Source: Octopus vulgaris (taxonomy: Eukaryota). From it: a DNA stretch of 64,000 nt. Each line of letters begins with the position of its first letter. Position 1 is the first letter of the stretch. The stretch covers positions 67,580,001-67,644,000 of the forward strand of contig OX597823.1 of NCBI GenBank assembly GCA_951406725.2, given 5' to 3'. The notes under the pieces are model-generated. The model was not told the DNA's origin, made no database searches, and saw only the letters and a program-made list of their open reading frames with translations. Positions 39,406 through 51,944 of the stretch are shown here, piece after piece. Both the position numbers and the translations under genes were made by a program.

Positions 39406-39443
39406 TCTTTCTGTTGAAGAGCGTAGGCTCGAAACGTTAAAGA
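39406..39443 (+). ncRNA. Minimal type I hammerhead ribozyme (variant core) at a Penelope-like terminus (element about 39300-39545)
   Basis: TCTTT-CTGTTGA-A-GAGC(gtag)GCTC-GAAACGTT-AAAGA. Stem I TCTTT/AAAGA, stem II GAGC/GCTC, palindromic stem III. Confidence 0.7.
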
Positions 39444-39572
39444 CTTGTTTTATTTATATTTCCTGAGTGCCATACTAATACAATTGTTCGTTTGTTTTCC
39501 ACCTGCCTTCGTCTTTTGTTTATTTTCATAAAGCTTCCCGTTATATATATAAATATATATATATATATGTAC

Positions 39573-39623
<51 letters not shown>

Positions 39624-39647
39624 TACATATATGCATATATATATATA

Positions 39648-41386
39648 CAGAGGTGGGCAAAAAGTTAATCAAAAAGTCAACTCCGTTAATTGTTAATCCA
39701 TTAATTGTTTGACGTTAACTTTTATTGAATAAAGGCATAACTACAGTTTAATAGCCCCATCAATTTTGTTGCCTTATAACTTCCAGAAAAATGGATACTT
39801 TTTAACAAAACTTTCACCAAATTATCACTTGTATCCTGAAAATTGAGTGTATGTAAATATTTGTTGAAAAAATTTTCCTAGGGATGGCAGAAAACCCTTA
39901 GGAGTTTTGGAGTTTCATAAAATTCACACGACCTGACATTTTCCCCCTCAACTTTCTGAAAAATAGGTGTTTTTAATGAAAGTTTATACAGATAACATTC
40001 AGATGGTGTAGATTACGATTACATAGAAATTTGTAGGTGAAAGTTTTCTAGCACATCCCAAAACCTGCCTCTTTGTTTCTTTCTCACTCACACATCTATT
40101 GATATATTTCAATATTTTTCTCCCCATAAGCAAATCTTATGGAATGATGATGTCAAAGTAACATATGTGTAGTCCCAACCAAGCAAGGCCATGTTATGTG
40201 TGTCTGTAAGAAACAAAATGCCTAAAAAATTTTTAGTGTTCATATTAATCTGTCAAATGTAATGCTTATTTTGAATTATTCAGATTCAAAAGGGCTGACC
40301 ACAATATTTGCTTGTAACTTTGTAAATTTTTTACATACAGATTTGAAATTTTGTCAGTGGGTGCTTTATATACCACTGGTTTATAGTTATGTAATTTTAG
40401 CTGATCCTACTGAGTAAATTTCACTTGTATGGGCAGATAAATTAAATTAGCAAATTTAAAAGCAATAAAATTAAGGATAAACATTAAAATTGAAATTCTT
40501 AATGCATTTTACCTATTTGACTTCTTACTTAAATTATCCCAGATAGCAACCGACAAAAATTTTCAAAATGAGGTACATTAATTTGAATTAATTAAAATAC
40601 AGGTATAATCAGTACAAGATTTTATTCTTTCAGTAAATATATCGTACCACGGTGTGGAATAACTTTTTCCACAGATTTTTTTCAGGTACATTCTATGTAT
40701 TTGACCTCCAAAGCCATCGCAAGCCACATTTTTCCAGAAAAGAAATGTGGGAGGGGTTGTGGGGACCTCAAAGTTTCCCACCAAGGGAGTTTTGTTTCGT
40801 GGGTCTTTTTTTCTTTTCCAGGTTATTTTGCATGCTTTGAATGAATGTGACATCAAAATCACGCATAAACGACTCATTTTTCCAGAAAGGAAAGATTTGG
40901 CTGCTATTTCTAGCATGTCCCGCTACCACATAACAGCTATTTGCATCCACACCAAAATATTTACCAACTTATTTCCTTCCATTTATTTTTTGCACTTTAT
41001 GGAAGTTGATATTTTTTCTCTGTTGACATCCACCTCAGCGACATCATGGATCAAGTGGAGACACATCAATCACTGTTCCCTCTTGACAGGACAAAGAAAT
41101 TTCCCACTGTCTTTGCAAGCAACAACCAGGTGGATTCGATTTCAAAATACAGACAGGGCCACAGACGGTCCTACAAGTTATTTATAATAATAAGTGGCAT
41201 TATATCAGGGTTGAAAGAATGACATGTACAAGACTAAATATGCTTAGACAATCTGAAAACAATAGAAATTTTTAAACATTTACCGGTTTTTATGAAATTT
41301 TGGGGTTAATTTTGGAGTTAACAGAAGCTAAATGTAACGGAAGTTAATTAGTCCAATAATGATTTTCAAAGTTACCTTATATATAC

Positions 41387-41428
<42 letters not shown>

Positions 41429-41540
41429 GCTGGGTGTAAATTCATTAGTCCGTTAATCGTTAATTAACAAAGTTAACATTTTCATTATCGAAGGTAACTT
41501 TGAAAATCATTATTGGACTAATTAACTTCCGTTAATTAGT
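39648..41540. mobile_element. hAT-like non-autonomous element(s) with GTTAAT subterminal repeats
   Basis: CAGAGGTGGGC (39648) and CAGAGCTGGG (about 41425) ends. Inverted pair 41335-41378 / 41493-41535 around a (TA)n tract. No recognisable transposase. Confidence 0.45.
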
Positions 41541-41664
41541 CCAATATATATTTATGTACATACACACACACATACATACATGCATACATACATACATACA
41601 TACATACATACATACATACACACAGACATATATACATACATACAAACATCCATATATATAAACA

Positions 41665-41711
<47 letters not shown>

Positions 41712-43009
41712 ATGTATATATATTATATACATATGTGTATATATATATGTGTATTTATGTGTATGTATATATACATGTGTGTGTGTATATATATATATAC
41801 AAACACACAACCATTTTGTGGTTGTCAACCATTCTTTCCTGGCTGCTATTGGATGGCTGTCACTTTGCCTGTCGTGGGTTTTCCTTTAGTACAGAAGTAC
41901 TGTACTATGTATTAATATATAAAATTATATTGCATGTATGTGTGTGTATGAGTGCATATATACAACCCATGCTAGCATGGAAAACGGACGTTAAACGATG
42001 ATGATGATGATGATGATGATATATATATATATATCATACACACACACGCATATATATATACACACATCTATGCATATCATCATCATCATCAACATTCAAC
42101 ATTTAGCGTCCATTTTATAGGCTGTCATGGGTTGGATGGCTTGAGAGTAACTGGCAAGGCCAGGGGTTGCACCAGGTTCCATAGTCTGTTTTTGTTGGTT
42201 TCTACAGTTGGTTGCCCTTCATGGTGCCAACCACACTACAAAGTGTACTGGGTGCTTTTTTATGTAGCACCATCACCAGTACTTTTTTTACATGGCACCC
42301 ACACCAATGCTTTTTATGCTGCACCTTGGTTTTTAAGATTACAATTCTGCTGTGGAGGGCAGATCTTTCTAAGTACAGCAATGTACCACATATCTCAGTC
42401 CTCTGTCATCTCCTTTGTAAGGTTCAGTGTTTTGAGATCAGCCTTCAATACTTCCTCCTATGTCTTCCTGGGTCTGCCTCTTTTTCAACTTTTCCTCTTT
42501 AAGTAATCAGCCCATCTTTATGCAACCTTCCTCATCCATCCACATCACATGACCAACCAGTGCAATCTCCTAGGTTGGCAGGTTTGTTAGCATTGGAGAA
42601 AATGCTCTGTGGTATTTGTTCCGATCTTTTATATTCTGAGTTCAAATCCCACCAAGGTGAGCTTTACCTTTCCTTCTTCTAGGATCAATGAAATAAAGTA
42701 CAGTACAAGACAAGTACTTGTGTCAATTCAATCAATTAATCCCTTCCAATTGTATCAGAAACATGTATATATCAAGTTGTACATAATGTTTTACTAAACC
42801 CCTTCCTTATCTTTTATCGTTTACTTGTCTCAGTCATTGAATCATAGCAATAGTGGCACACTGCCTTGAAGGGTTTAGTCAAACAAATCAACCCCAGTGC
42901 TAATTCCCAAAGTCAGGTACTTATTCTAATAATTTCCTTTGCCGAACTGCTCTGTTACAGGGATGTAAACAAACCAACTATAGTCAAGGAGGAGGACAAA
43001 CACACGCAT

Positions 43010-43062
<53 letters not shown>

Positions 43063-44454
43063 ATGAGCTTCTTTCAGTTTCCATCTACCAAATTCACTCA
43101 CAAAGATTTGGTTGGCCCAAGGCTATAGTTGAAGACATATATTCAAAGTGCTATGCAGTGGGACTGAACCCGAAACCTTGTGGTTGAGAAGCAAACTTCT
43201 TACCACGAAGCCACTCCTGCACTTTCAAAAGCTTAATTAAACTGACTGCTAATTGAAACATGTAGGGAATAGCCTACCCATTAGAACTATAACTATGAAA
43301 GGGTTAATAAAGGAGTGTATCAAAAACACAGTAGCAGTGGTTATAAATGAAGATGGATGTGTGACTGGGCAAGGATCTCAAATAGAATACTTGAGCTCTC
43401 AGCCTGTAGGTCAACGCATCATCATATTAACTTATATAGTTCATGTTGACACTTACATAATGTATAATTATATATATGTGTGTATATATATAATATAATA
43501 TAATAATATACAATGTAATGGAAATCATTTAAATCTGAAACAAAATCTCTGGTGTTGAGTAAGTGGGTGGGTGTGTGGGTGGATATGGTCATAGGACCGG
43601 AAGGGGCAATTGAAGAACAATAGCAAAATGATTTTACCAAAAATATATTTATAAAAAAAAATAACCCTCACAAAAAAGAACAAAGCAAAACAAAAAAAAA
43701 ACTGAAATGCCAGTTATCCTTGCATAACTTATTATTTGATCTATGACAAGAAGTTACAACATAGGAGTTGGAACGTAATATATAAAAACTAGGAGTTGGA
43801 ACATAATATATATAAAAAACTAGAGTTTAAAATAAATAAATAAAAAGCCCAAAAGATTATTGGCAATACTATACAGAAAACAAGGGCAATTAATTATTTG
43901 CCATGACTGGTGACTGCACTATTTTAGAGGATTTTAATGCAGTGAACTTTACTGGATTTCTACACACACCCACTCTCTGCTACTCTGCCATTTGAACTTT
44001 ATATTCTGTTCTATGAACTGTGCATCAAACACTTTGACTAGTGTATAAAATTTGCATTTTTGCTCTTGCTCTTGCTCTCATTAATGCGACACAAAACCAC
44101 CACCGCCACCACCACCACCACCACCACCCCCAACAACATCCATCTCACTTTTGCAATCTCATCACCGAGATCACTGCTACCACCACCACCACCACCACCA
44201 CAGAGACCACTGGCATGACCACCCCCACCATCACAATAGCCACCATCACCACCACCACCATCATACCCTTACCACACCACCTCACTCATTTTCCCACAAT
44301 TACAACTCATAGCATTTAATTCTGATTTTTCTCTTATCTTATGTAACAAATTTATTTGTTCGACATATTGAACTATTATGACAACTCACGATTATATATA
44401 CTACATTTGTGTGTGTTTCATGCATATGTGTGTGTATGTATGTATGAATGTGTG

Positions 44455-44500
<46 letters not shown>

Positions 44501-44569
44501 TGTTTGTTTTTATGTCGACTTATTATAAAAACAACTTCTCATAAGCTAAAGTAGCAAGATGAAAAATAT

Positions 44570-45510
44570 ACAGTGATGAATAAGACCTCAGAACAACCCT
44601 AACTGTGAGACACTATCCACCCTCACTTATAGATGATCAAAATAAATGTTCCAAGAAAATAGGCATTAAAACACTAAGGGAAACAAAACAAAACACCACA
44701 CCTCATCTCAAAATACTACCATATACAACCCTAGAAACAATGTGGCATACAACACTATTGTACAAAATCTATCCAAAAATGAACAACATTCTGAAAACAC
44801 ATAAATTCATCAAATGTAAAAATAACAACCGAAATCTCTGAAAAGACTCCTTACAAAAACGAAGCTTTACACAACAACTACGAAACCAATGGTTAAAAAA
44901 ATGTGGACTTCTGAACTGTGGAACATGCCCCAACCTACTGGAAGACTTGGAATTCCAATACAAGCAAGGCGAAAGGTTCACAGTTAAGACCAACTTCACT
45001 TGTGCACCCAAGAATTTGATTTATAACTTGTTCATGTTGTGGACATAACTATACAAGACAGAGAAGTATGGCACTTAGATGGAGAACAACTCTACATAAG
45101 GAACAGATCCATTTCTCAAAGATACCTTTGAGTGAACATAAAGAGAGATGTGCAGGGAATCTCCAACCAAATTTCACAGTTTTCCTCATCTACTAGTGCA
45201 AAGAAACAATTTCTGTACAGGAATGTTTAACCCTTTAGCATTTAAACTGGCCATATCCGGCCAAAAGTATTCTGCCTGTTTTATGTTCAAACTGGCCAGA
45301 TCTGGTCTCTCACACCAGCCCTACAATATTGTTTTAAAAATTAACAGCTACCTCATCAAAATCTCATAGCTACAAAATAATGCATGATTAGCTCAAAACA
45401 ATGTGGATAAAGAAGCCTTAATTTTAGCAGAATAATGTGAACACTAAAGGGTTAAATAAAGAAAATTTATTTATCGAAAATACAGAACATGCTTAAATAT
45501 GAATGCATAA
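44570..45510 (+). mobile_element. Penelope-like element 3' part: GIY-YIG endonuclease, degenerate
   Basis: QPKSLKRLLTKTKL..KKCGLLNCGTCPNL..FTVKTNFTCAPKNLIY..TCSCCGHNYTRQ..LRWRTTLHKEQI..LSEH..LNKENLFIEKYRTCLN. Interrupted by a TTAA MITE. Confidence 0.8.
45231..45451 (+). mobile_element. piggyBac-type MITE inserted in the PLE endonuclease
   Basis: TTAA|CCCTTTAG..CTAAAGGG|TTAA. Removing it restores VQECLNKENLFI. Confidence 0.9.
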
Positions 45511-45663
45511 CCAACTTTGATCTCAGTATATACTTTAATTCATGATCACATATCCATGAATTAAAATATGCGATATTTTAATTCATGGATTAAAATATGA
45601 ATTGAATCCATATTTTAATTGGATTTAATTCATATTAAGATACATATGAATTAATGTATTCAT

Positions 45664-45716
<53 letters not shown>

Positions 45717-45765
45717 TGTGTAAAGTGCTCAGGTGCACTACAACTCATCTAAAGTGTATATATAA

Positions 45766-48567
45766 TCAGGTGTAGTTTCGGCTGATTTCGGAAAGCATGA
45801 GGGCCTTAAAGGATGCAGTGTCATGGCAGTCAACAACTGACGCAGGCAGTTTATTCCATGCTTCAGCAACTCTGAGCGTGAAAAAATGTTTCCGAAAGTC
45901 ATGGGAGCTGTGTTGTTTTCTGACTTTGTAGGCATGTCCACGTGTGTTAGACACATGGAGATCAAAAAGGTGTTCAGTGTTGTTGTTGGTGAGGTGGTTG
46001 ATAACTTTGTGGGTGTTTACCAAGTCCGTCACCAGACGCCGGAGCTTCAGTGAATCCATACCCAGGGAAACAAGGCACTCAGAATATGGTAGGTGTCTGA
46101 TGGAGGGTATGCGTTTGGTTGCACGTCTCTGGACAGATTCCAGGAGGTCAATGTTCTGAGCAAGATAGGGGTTCCAAACTGATGATGCGAATTCCAAGTG
46201 TGGTCGTACCATAGCTGTATACAGTTTTAAATAGATGGCTGGAGAGCGGCTAACAAAAGTCTTGCTGAGTGATGCCAAGACACCCTCGGCCTTCTTGACA
46301 ATTTTAGAGATATGCTTTGTCCAACGCAATTCACTGCTGACAGTGATGCCTAGGTCACGCTCGCAAGAGGATTTCTTGATATCAGTGTTGTGGAGGGAGT
46401 ATGTGGACGCAGGGTTTTTTCAGCCAGTTTCAGTTGCCAGTCTGTGATCCATTGCTGCATTGTGTCTAGGTCTGATTGCAGGAAAGAGTTGTAGACATCA
46501 GGATCTGTCCTCTTGATTTCAAGGTACAGCTTGATGTCGTCTGCATATTTCAATACTGTGGCATTCTTTAAATTGGCATCTATGTCATTAATGTATGCCA
46601 CAAACAAGAGGGGACCAAGGACAGATCCCTGTGGTACACCCGATGACATCTCATATGGTGTAGAGTGCTGTCCTAGAACTGTGACTACCTCCTTTCGGCT
46701 GAGGATGAAGGATTTCAACCAGTTAAAAAGGTCATCCCCCACACCCATTGCAGAGAGTTTCACCATAAGCCTTTTGTGTGGTACAGAGTTGAAAGCCTTA
46801 GCAAAGTCAAGGTAGACAACATCCACCCATGAGCCACTGTCAGTGATCTGAGTAATGTCCTCAAGGAACTCGACAAGCTGATCACTGCAGCTGGAGTTAG
46901 GGACAAATTCATATTGTGAGGGTTGGATGAGACTGTGAGAGCTCCAGAAGTTCCAGAGTGTTTCTCTGACACACGATTCCATCAGTTTTGCAATACAGCT
47001 AGTGAGACTGACTGGGCGATAGTTGACAGGTGATGTGCGGTCGCCCTTTTTGAACAGAGGAATGACACTGGCAGTTTTCCACTGCTCCGGAGTAGCACCA
47101 TTGTTGAGACAGTACTGGAAGAAAATAGAAAGCTGGTGTAAAAGGAAGTACCTGCCACGTTTGAGAAGCAGGTATGTAACTCCATCGAGACCAGGGGAGG
47201 CATAGTTGCGCTTATTTTGAAGGTGACGTCGCAGCATTGCAGGTGTAAATTCCATAGTTGTTATGGAGTTTGCTGTTAGTGATGGTGAAGATGGTACATT
47301 TTGACTTTCAACAGTGAATATGTTTGCATAGCACTCAGCAATGAGTTCTGCGCATTCCTTGGGGTCGTCAGTGATCTGGTTTGTGTGAGGGTTGCAAAGA
47401 GAGCCCACTGGAGAGTGAGGTCTCTGCTTTGAATGCACATATTTCCAGAAAACCTTGCTGTCAGGATTGGCTGCTATGCACTGTTCAAATTCAAGCACTG
47501 CTTTTTTTGTCACTTGCTTGAGATGGTTGGAGGATTTATTCCGCTTCTTCCTGTTGGTGTCTGATTTATGCAACTTGTATTCCCGTTCAGCAGTCCGACG
47601 TTCCTTCCTGGCAAGTCGGACCGCTGAAGTTTCCCAAATTGCCCTTTTGGGGCGGTTCTTCTTTTTCTGTTTACATGGCACTGATGCTGCACATGCTGCC
47701 CATATTGAGTCCAGGATACTCTGGAGTATAGTATTCACATCTCCAGAGTTGTAGAATTCATGCCAGTTTTGGTGCTGTAGTTCAGTGTGGTACAGGTTCC
47801 AATCTGCTCTCTTCCAATCGAAGGAAGCAGATTGGAGATGGTTCAGGTTTTTGTTGCCCGCAAGAGCCAGATTGGCGATGATCATAGCATGATCAGAGTC
47901 ACCTAGAGGTTCCTCCGTAGTGCAATTGATAACCGCTTCAGGAGTTGTGGTGAAGAGTAGGTCCAAGGTGTTGTCGCCTCTTGTTGGAGAGGTGACTACT
48001 TGTGACCAGTTTGAGTCCAGCACAAGCTCAACAAAATCGTTTGCACTCTGTGGCCAATGGAAGGTTTCCCAATTGATCTCAGGATGATTGAAATCGCCTG
48101 CAATAAACACATAAGTGGCTGTTTTCCTGGCAGCAGCTCGGAGGATATTGCAAAGCTGTGTGTCCTGATGGTAATTTGGGGGACGATAAACAACGCCAAG
48201 CAGGAGTGTTGACATGGTCATACGTACGTCACAGAAAAAAAACTTCTTCTTGTGATTCGTTCAAATCGGCACAAGGAATTACCAAAAAATTTGAACGAAC
48301 GTTGACCATCACACCACCACCACGGCGGTTAATGCGGTCCTTACGGAAGAGGTTGTACCCCGTAATGTTGAAAACCCCATCATAAAGTAAGGAATGCGCC
48401 CATGTTTCCGTGACAGTGATGAAGTCAGGGTCAATACTTCTGACGTAAGCGTTGAACAAATGTATTTTGTTGCATAAACTGCGAGCATTTAAGGACAACA
48501 ATTTGTACCCTGCTTGCAGTTTATGATGGTGTGTAGAGGATGGCAGGTTATTCTGGCTTAGTTTCCC
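45766..48567 (-). pseudogene. CR1 ORF2 (APE endonuclease and reverse transcriptase) split by two frameshifts
   Basis: LSLNARS, VTETW, RKDR..RGGGV, VYRPP, GDFN, LDL, SDH; NYRPVSLT, LDFAKAF, GVPQGSVLGPLLF, YADD; VRPHLE, LESVQRRATK, TRGH. Extra T in the T8 run at about 48235-48242 and a short deletion near 46420. Confidence 0.92.
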
Positions 48568-49150
48568 TGAGTTGCTGTAGTCTTTTTAGATTTTTTTTCC
48601 GTGTTAGTTATTGTGGGTAGAGAGCATTCAGACCAGCTGGTATCTCTCTTCCACATTTCAGCAGTCTTGACAAATCTCCAGATTTGTCCATCTTCCCGAA
48701 GACTGAAGCTTTCCTGTAGAGCTGAGTTCCTATTCAGGGAAGCCACTACACGTAGCTTCGGACGTACATCGGACGGTAAGCCTGGGCGTGTTCGGAAGGT
48801 GGTCCGATTTTCACGCCCAGCTTTAACTGAGGCCAGATGGTAAGAGGTTGCCTCAGCGTGGTCTGAAAAAGACAGCTTGATGAGCCTAGGTTTTGGGCCA
48901 GGTCGTCCAAGGCGGAGAGCACCCGTTGGGGGAACACAGCCTAGGTCTTTGGCTGAGTTGGCAGCAAATGCCTGAAGATCAGCCATGTCTTCTGGCACCC
49001 CAATGGCAATGACTTCATGGGTAGCAGAATCCGCGGTCTTAAATGTGACAAGAGGTACAGGTACAGGTACAGGGAGGTTCTTTAGCAGAGCATTCCGATA
49101 AGACCCCTCATTGTGGAGTCCAACCTGAATGGTTGCTTTTATTCCTGCTA
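48558..49150 (-). pseudogene. CR1 ORF1, 5'-truncated
   Basis: Open frame ending ..TTATQGN*. The first about 40 aa of ORF 48558..49268 are flanking microsatellite and PLE sequence. Confidence 0.75.
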
Positions 49151-49189
49151 CGTATGAATACATGTATATATATATATATATAGCATTAC

Positions 49190-50620
49190 AACTCACCACA
49201 TGAAGATAATCAAGATTCTCTTCCACTCTTTTCTTACTATTTACCACACAGGGAACAGAAAATTCCACAGAAACCTACCACAAACACACCAGATAAAATT
49301 ACCAACGAGGACATATTGAAGGAATTAAAACAAGTTAACTAAAATCTAGTTATTCTAATTAACAAAATCGATGGATTAAATTACTGTACCCAAGAAGCAA
49401 CTGAAAATGAACAGAGAAGACAATCTACAAAGAAGGTTAATCAAAATTTGAATGAACTGTGCACAACATTGTGCTCAATTATTACAAATAATTTTGAAAA
49501 AGAATCATCACCAAAATACCAAAACCATAATGAAAATATACCAATGTCAACACATTTAATTAAAAGCCACATTAGCCATATTTGGACCAAAAACCTAAAT
49601 GCTAAAAATTTACTTTTTGGAGCATGATAAAACATAAGGCAGAAATATATGAAAAATGGACGAACTCAACACCATTACTTCTCCCATGCAAACTAGAGAT
49701 CAAATCAATCCCAGAAGAGCCCAAACAACAAAGACAACTTAGGGAGAAATTAGCACTAGAGAAAATGAAAATAGAAATTGAGTTACTTAAACTTACAGCA
49801 TCAAATAACGAATAAAAATATAAACTATTCTTTTCTACTCTAGGCACAAGGCCCAAAATTTAGATTAGATTGACCCCAGTATGCAACTGGTACTTAATTT
49901 ATTGATCCTGAAAGAGTGAAAGGCAAAGATGAGAAAACAGTTAATTTCTTCCTTAGTTACAAAACTCAGTTTAAATGAGAATACAGTTCAGATAATTCCT
50001 TCCTGAAAACACCTAGAACAAATACATATACAGAAAGGAATAAACATCCAACTAGATCAAACTATAAACATCTAAAAGAACACAAACACACAAAACTAAC
50101 TTCTCTCTTGGAAGTAAACCGTTCTCAAACTAGGAATAAAGGCAACTCACAAATATGAAATACTAGAAGAAACCAACCCAAAGTTAAGGGTAATTATTTC
50201 TCTCCGGCAATTAGAAACATCCAGGGAACTACTTCTATCCCTCAATGAAGAAACTCAGCCTACAGAATTCCAGCCTATTTACCTAGACAGCAAGCCCACA
50301 CCCTCCATAGCATCTCAAATATAATTAATAACCCTGACAATTTATACTAACAAAGAAACTCAAACCACATAATTCTAACAAAATTTACCAAATTTACTAA
50401 ATTACGATAAACATTTTTTAGACCCAGTGGACAAAAACAGGGATACATGTTGGAACAAAACATACAGGGAAACCCAAGGTAATAAATTTATCAAAGAAAA
50501 CTCTCTCTGCAACAAAAATCAGCATACTAACTTAAGGATAAAAATTTACTCTAACTCCATGAAGATCTAACTAGAATGAAATTAAAGACAATATTTTGGA
50601 ATTCTGCAGAAAACTACAAC
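49190..50620 (+). mobile_element. Penelope-like element 5' part (N-terminal region and start of RT ORF), degenerate
   Basis: PKVINLSKKTLSATKISILT*G*KFTLTP near 50475-50560 matches PLE NLS..L..KGLxFxPTP. Upstream A-rich coding-like AEIYEKW..IPEEPKQQRQLREKLALEKMKIEIELL. SINE fragment inserted at about 49830-49930. Confidence 0.65.
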
Positions 50621-51489
50621 TCACAACTATGTGTGTATTCATCAACAAGATTATCATTGTCATTTTTACATCCCCCCTTTTTGTGGTGACATGGTTTGAA
50701 TGAAACTTTTTGAAGTTGTATTTTATGGCCATATGCCAGACTTCAATGCTGTTAGCTGCTTCCTTTATTACATAAGGATACAGAGTATCTATTCTAAAAC
50801 ATAGGATACACACAATTATATACATGTGTGTGTGTAAGGTTACATGGCTTAGTTGTTAGTCATGTTGGGTTCACAATCAAGGGATTTTGGAATCAGTTCC
50901 TGAACTTGTCAGTACATTGTGTCTTTCAGAAAAGGACTTCATTTAACATTGTTCTGAGTCTTCTCAATTTAGAATAAATGTCAGCCAACTGCTAGAGCAG
51001 CTCCCTCTTTCTCTCCCTGACACATCCTCAATATTCTTCTGGGTCGGAAATACATAGCCCATGCTTGATACCCATTACCTGGGTGCTGGAGGTGGCTGTA
51101 GCAAAAAAAAACAAACAAAAAAAAAACAGAGACTAAAGTAAGAAAGAAGTGGATGTAAGAGCATGGAGGTTGTAACCCTTGTTTGCAATAAAACTTTTGC
51201 CTCTGTTTATGTGAAAGATAGCTCATATGGAGTGCGTATAAAATATGTGGTGCCAGTTAATATGGAAGCTTGGGCACAGAATGTGGAAGCTGGATGAAAA
51301 TGTGAGAAATAGTATCAAATTTAGGATGGCAAAATATAAAATTTACACTGATGTATTTTTTTTTTTTGGCAAGATTCTTGATCTGAAACTTGTGTTGAAA
51401 TAGATATTGTTATACTTGGTGATGGTCATATTTTGCCAATTAAACACATGCATAATATGTTTCCAGCCTTAAGTCCAACTCCTCCTCAA

Positions 51490-51930
51490 AATGGTCGGGT
51501 GGTGTAAACAGGCAGTGTCAGAGCTATGCCATCGAGAACTTCGGTTCCTGGTAGGGCCACCCAAGGCAGATTGGTCTGGCACCCAGTGGTATTAGGGCCG
51601 CAGCCTGACCAATGTGGCTCTGGTGAAAATTCCAAGAGGCATCTGATCGGCAACCAGCAGCTTCGAGGTCATTCTGTCCCTGCATCTGTGGAGACTCCAC
51701 AGCAAACAGGGTGTCCCGTCACTCGGGATATGCATGCGGGATGTCAGGAACCGCTTGTGAATTCAATATTTCCACAAAACTTCTTCTATGAATCCTATGG
51801 AACCATGAATGACTCACTATCTCCAGTGACCTTGCACAGGACTGTCAAGTTCAGGTCACCATGGTTCATGATGTTGTCAGGACCAGAGAAGAAGCCGGCT
51901 CAACCTGCCCTGGGTGAACGCTGTCACAAG
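51490..51930 (+). mobile_element. GC-rich segment resembling an RTE-type 5' leader
   Basis: CCTGGTAGGGCCACCCAAGGCAGATTGGTC resembles RTE 5' sequence; no protein motif in ORF 51526..51933. Confidence 0.35.
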
Positions 51931-51944
51931 TAAGGAAGTATAAT

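Larger units (their letters stand above)
45668..49150 (-). mobile_element. CR1-clade LINE, young, 5'-truncated in ORF1, (ATT)n tail
   Basis: ORF1 C-half (IAIGVPE, RLGRPGPKPRLIKLSF), ORF2 APE and RT, short 3'UTR ending GTGCACCTGAGCACTTTACACA(ATT)n. GC content visibly above the flanks. Confidence 0.95.

Noticed and set aside
40578-41187. ORFs inside the hAT-like element as a transposase
   Set aside because: No BED finger, DDE or hAT dimerisation motif recognised.
45766-48567. CR1 as an active autonomous copy
   Set aside because: 5'-truncated, with a real deletion and frameshift near 46420. Only the homopolymer frameshift near 48240 could be a sequencing error.
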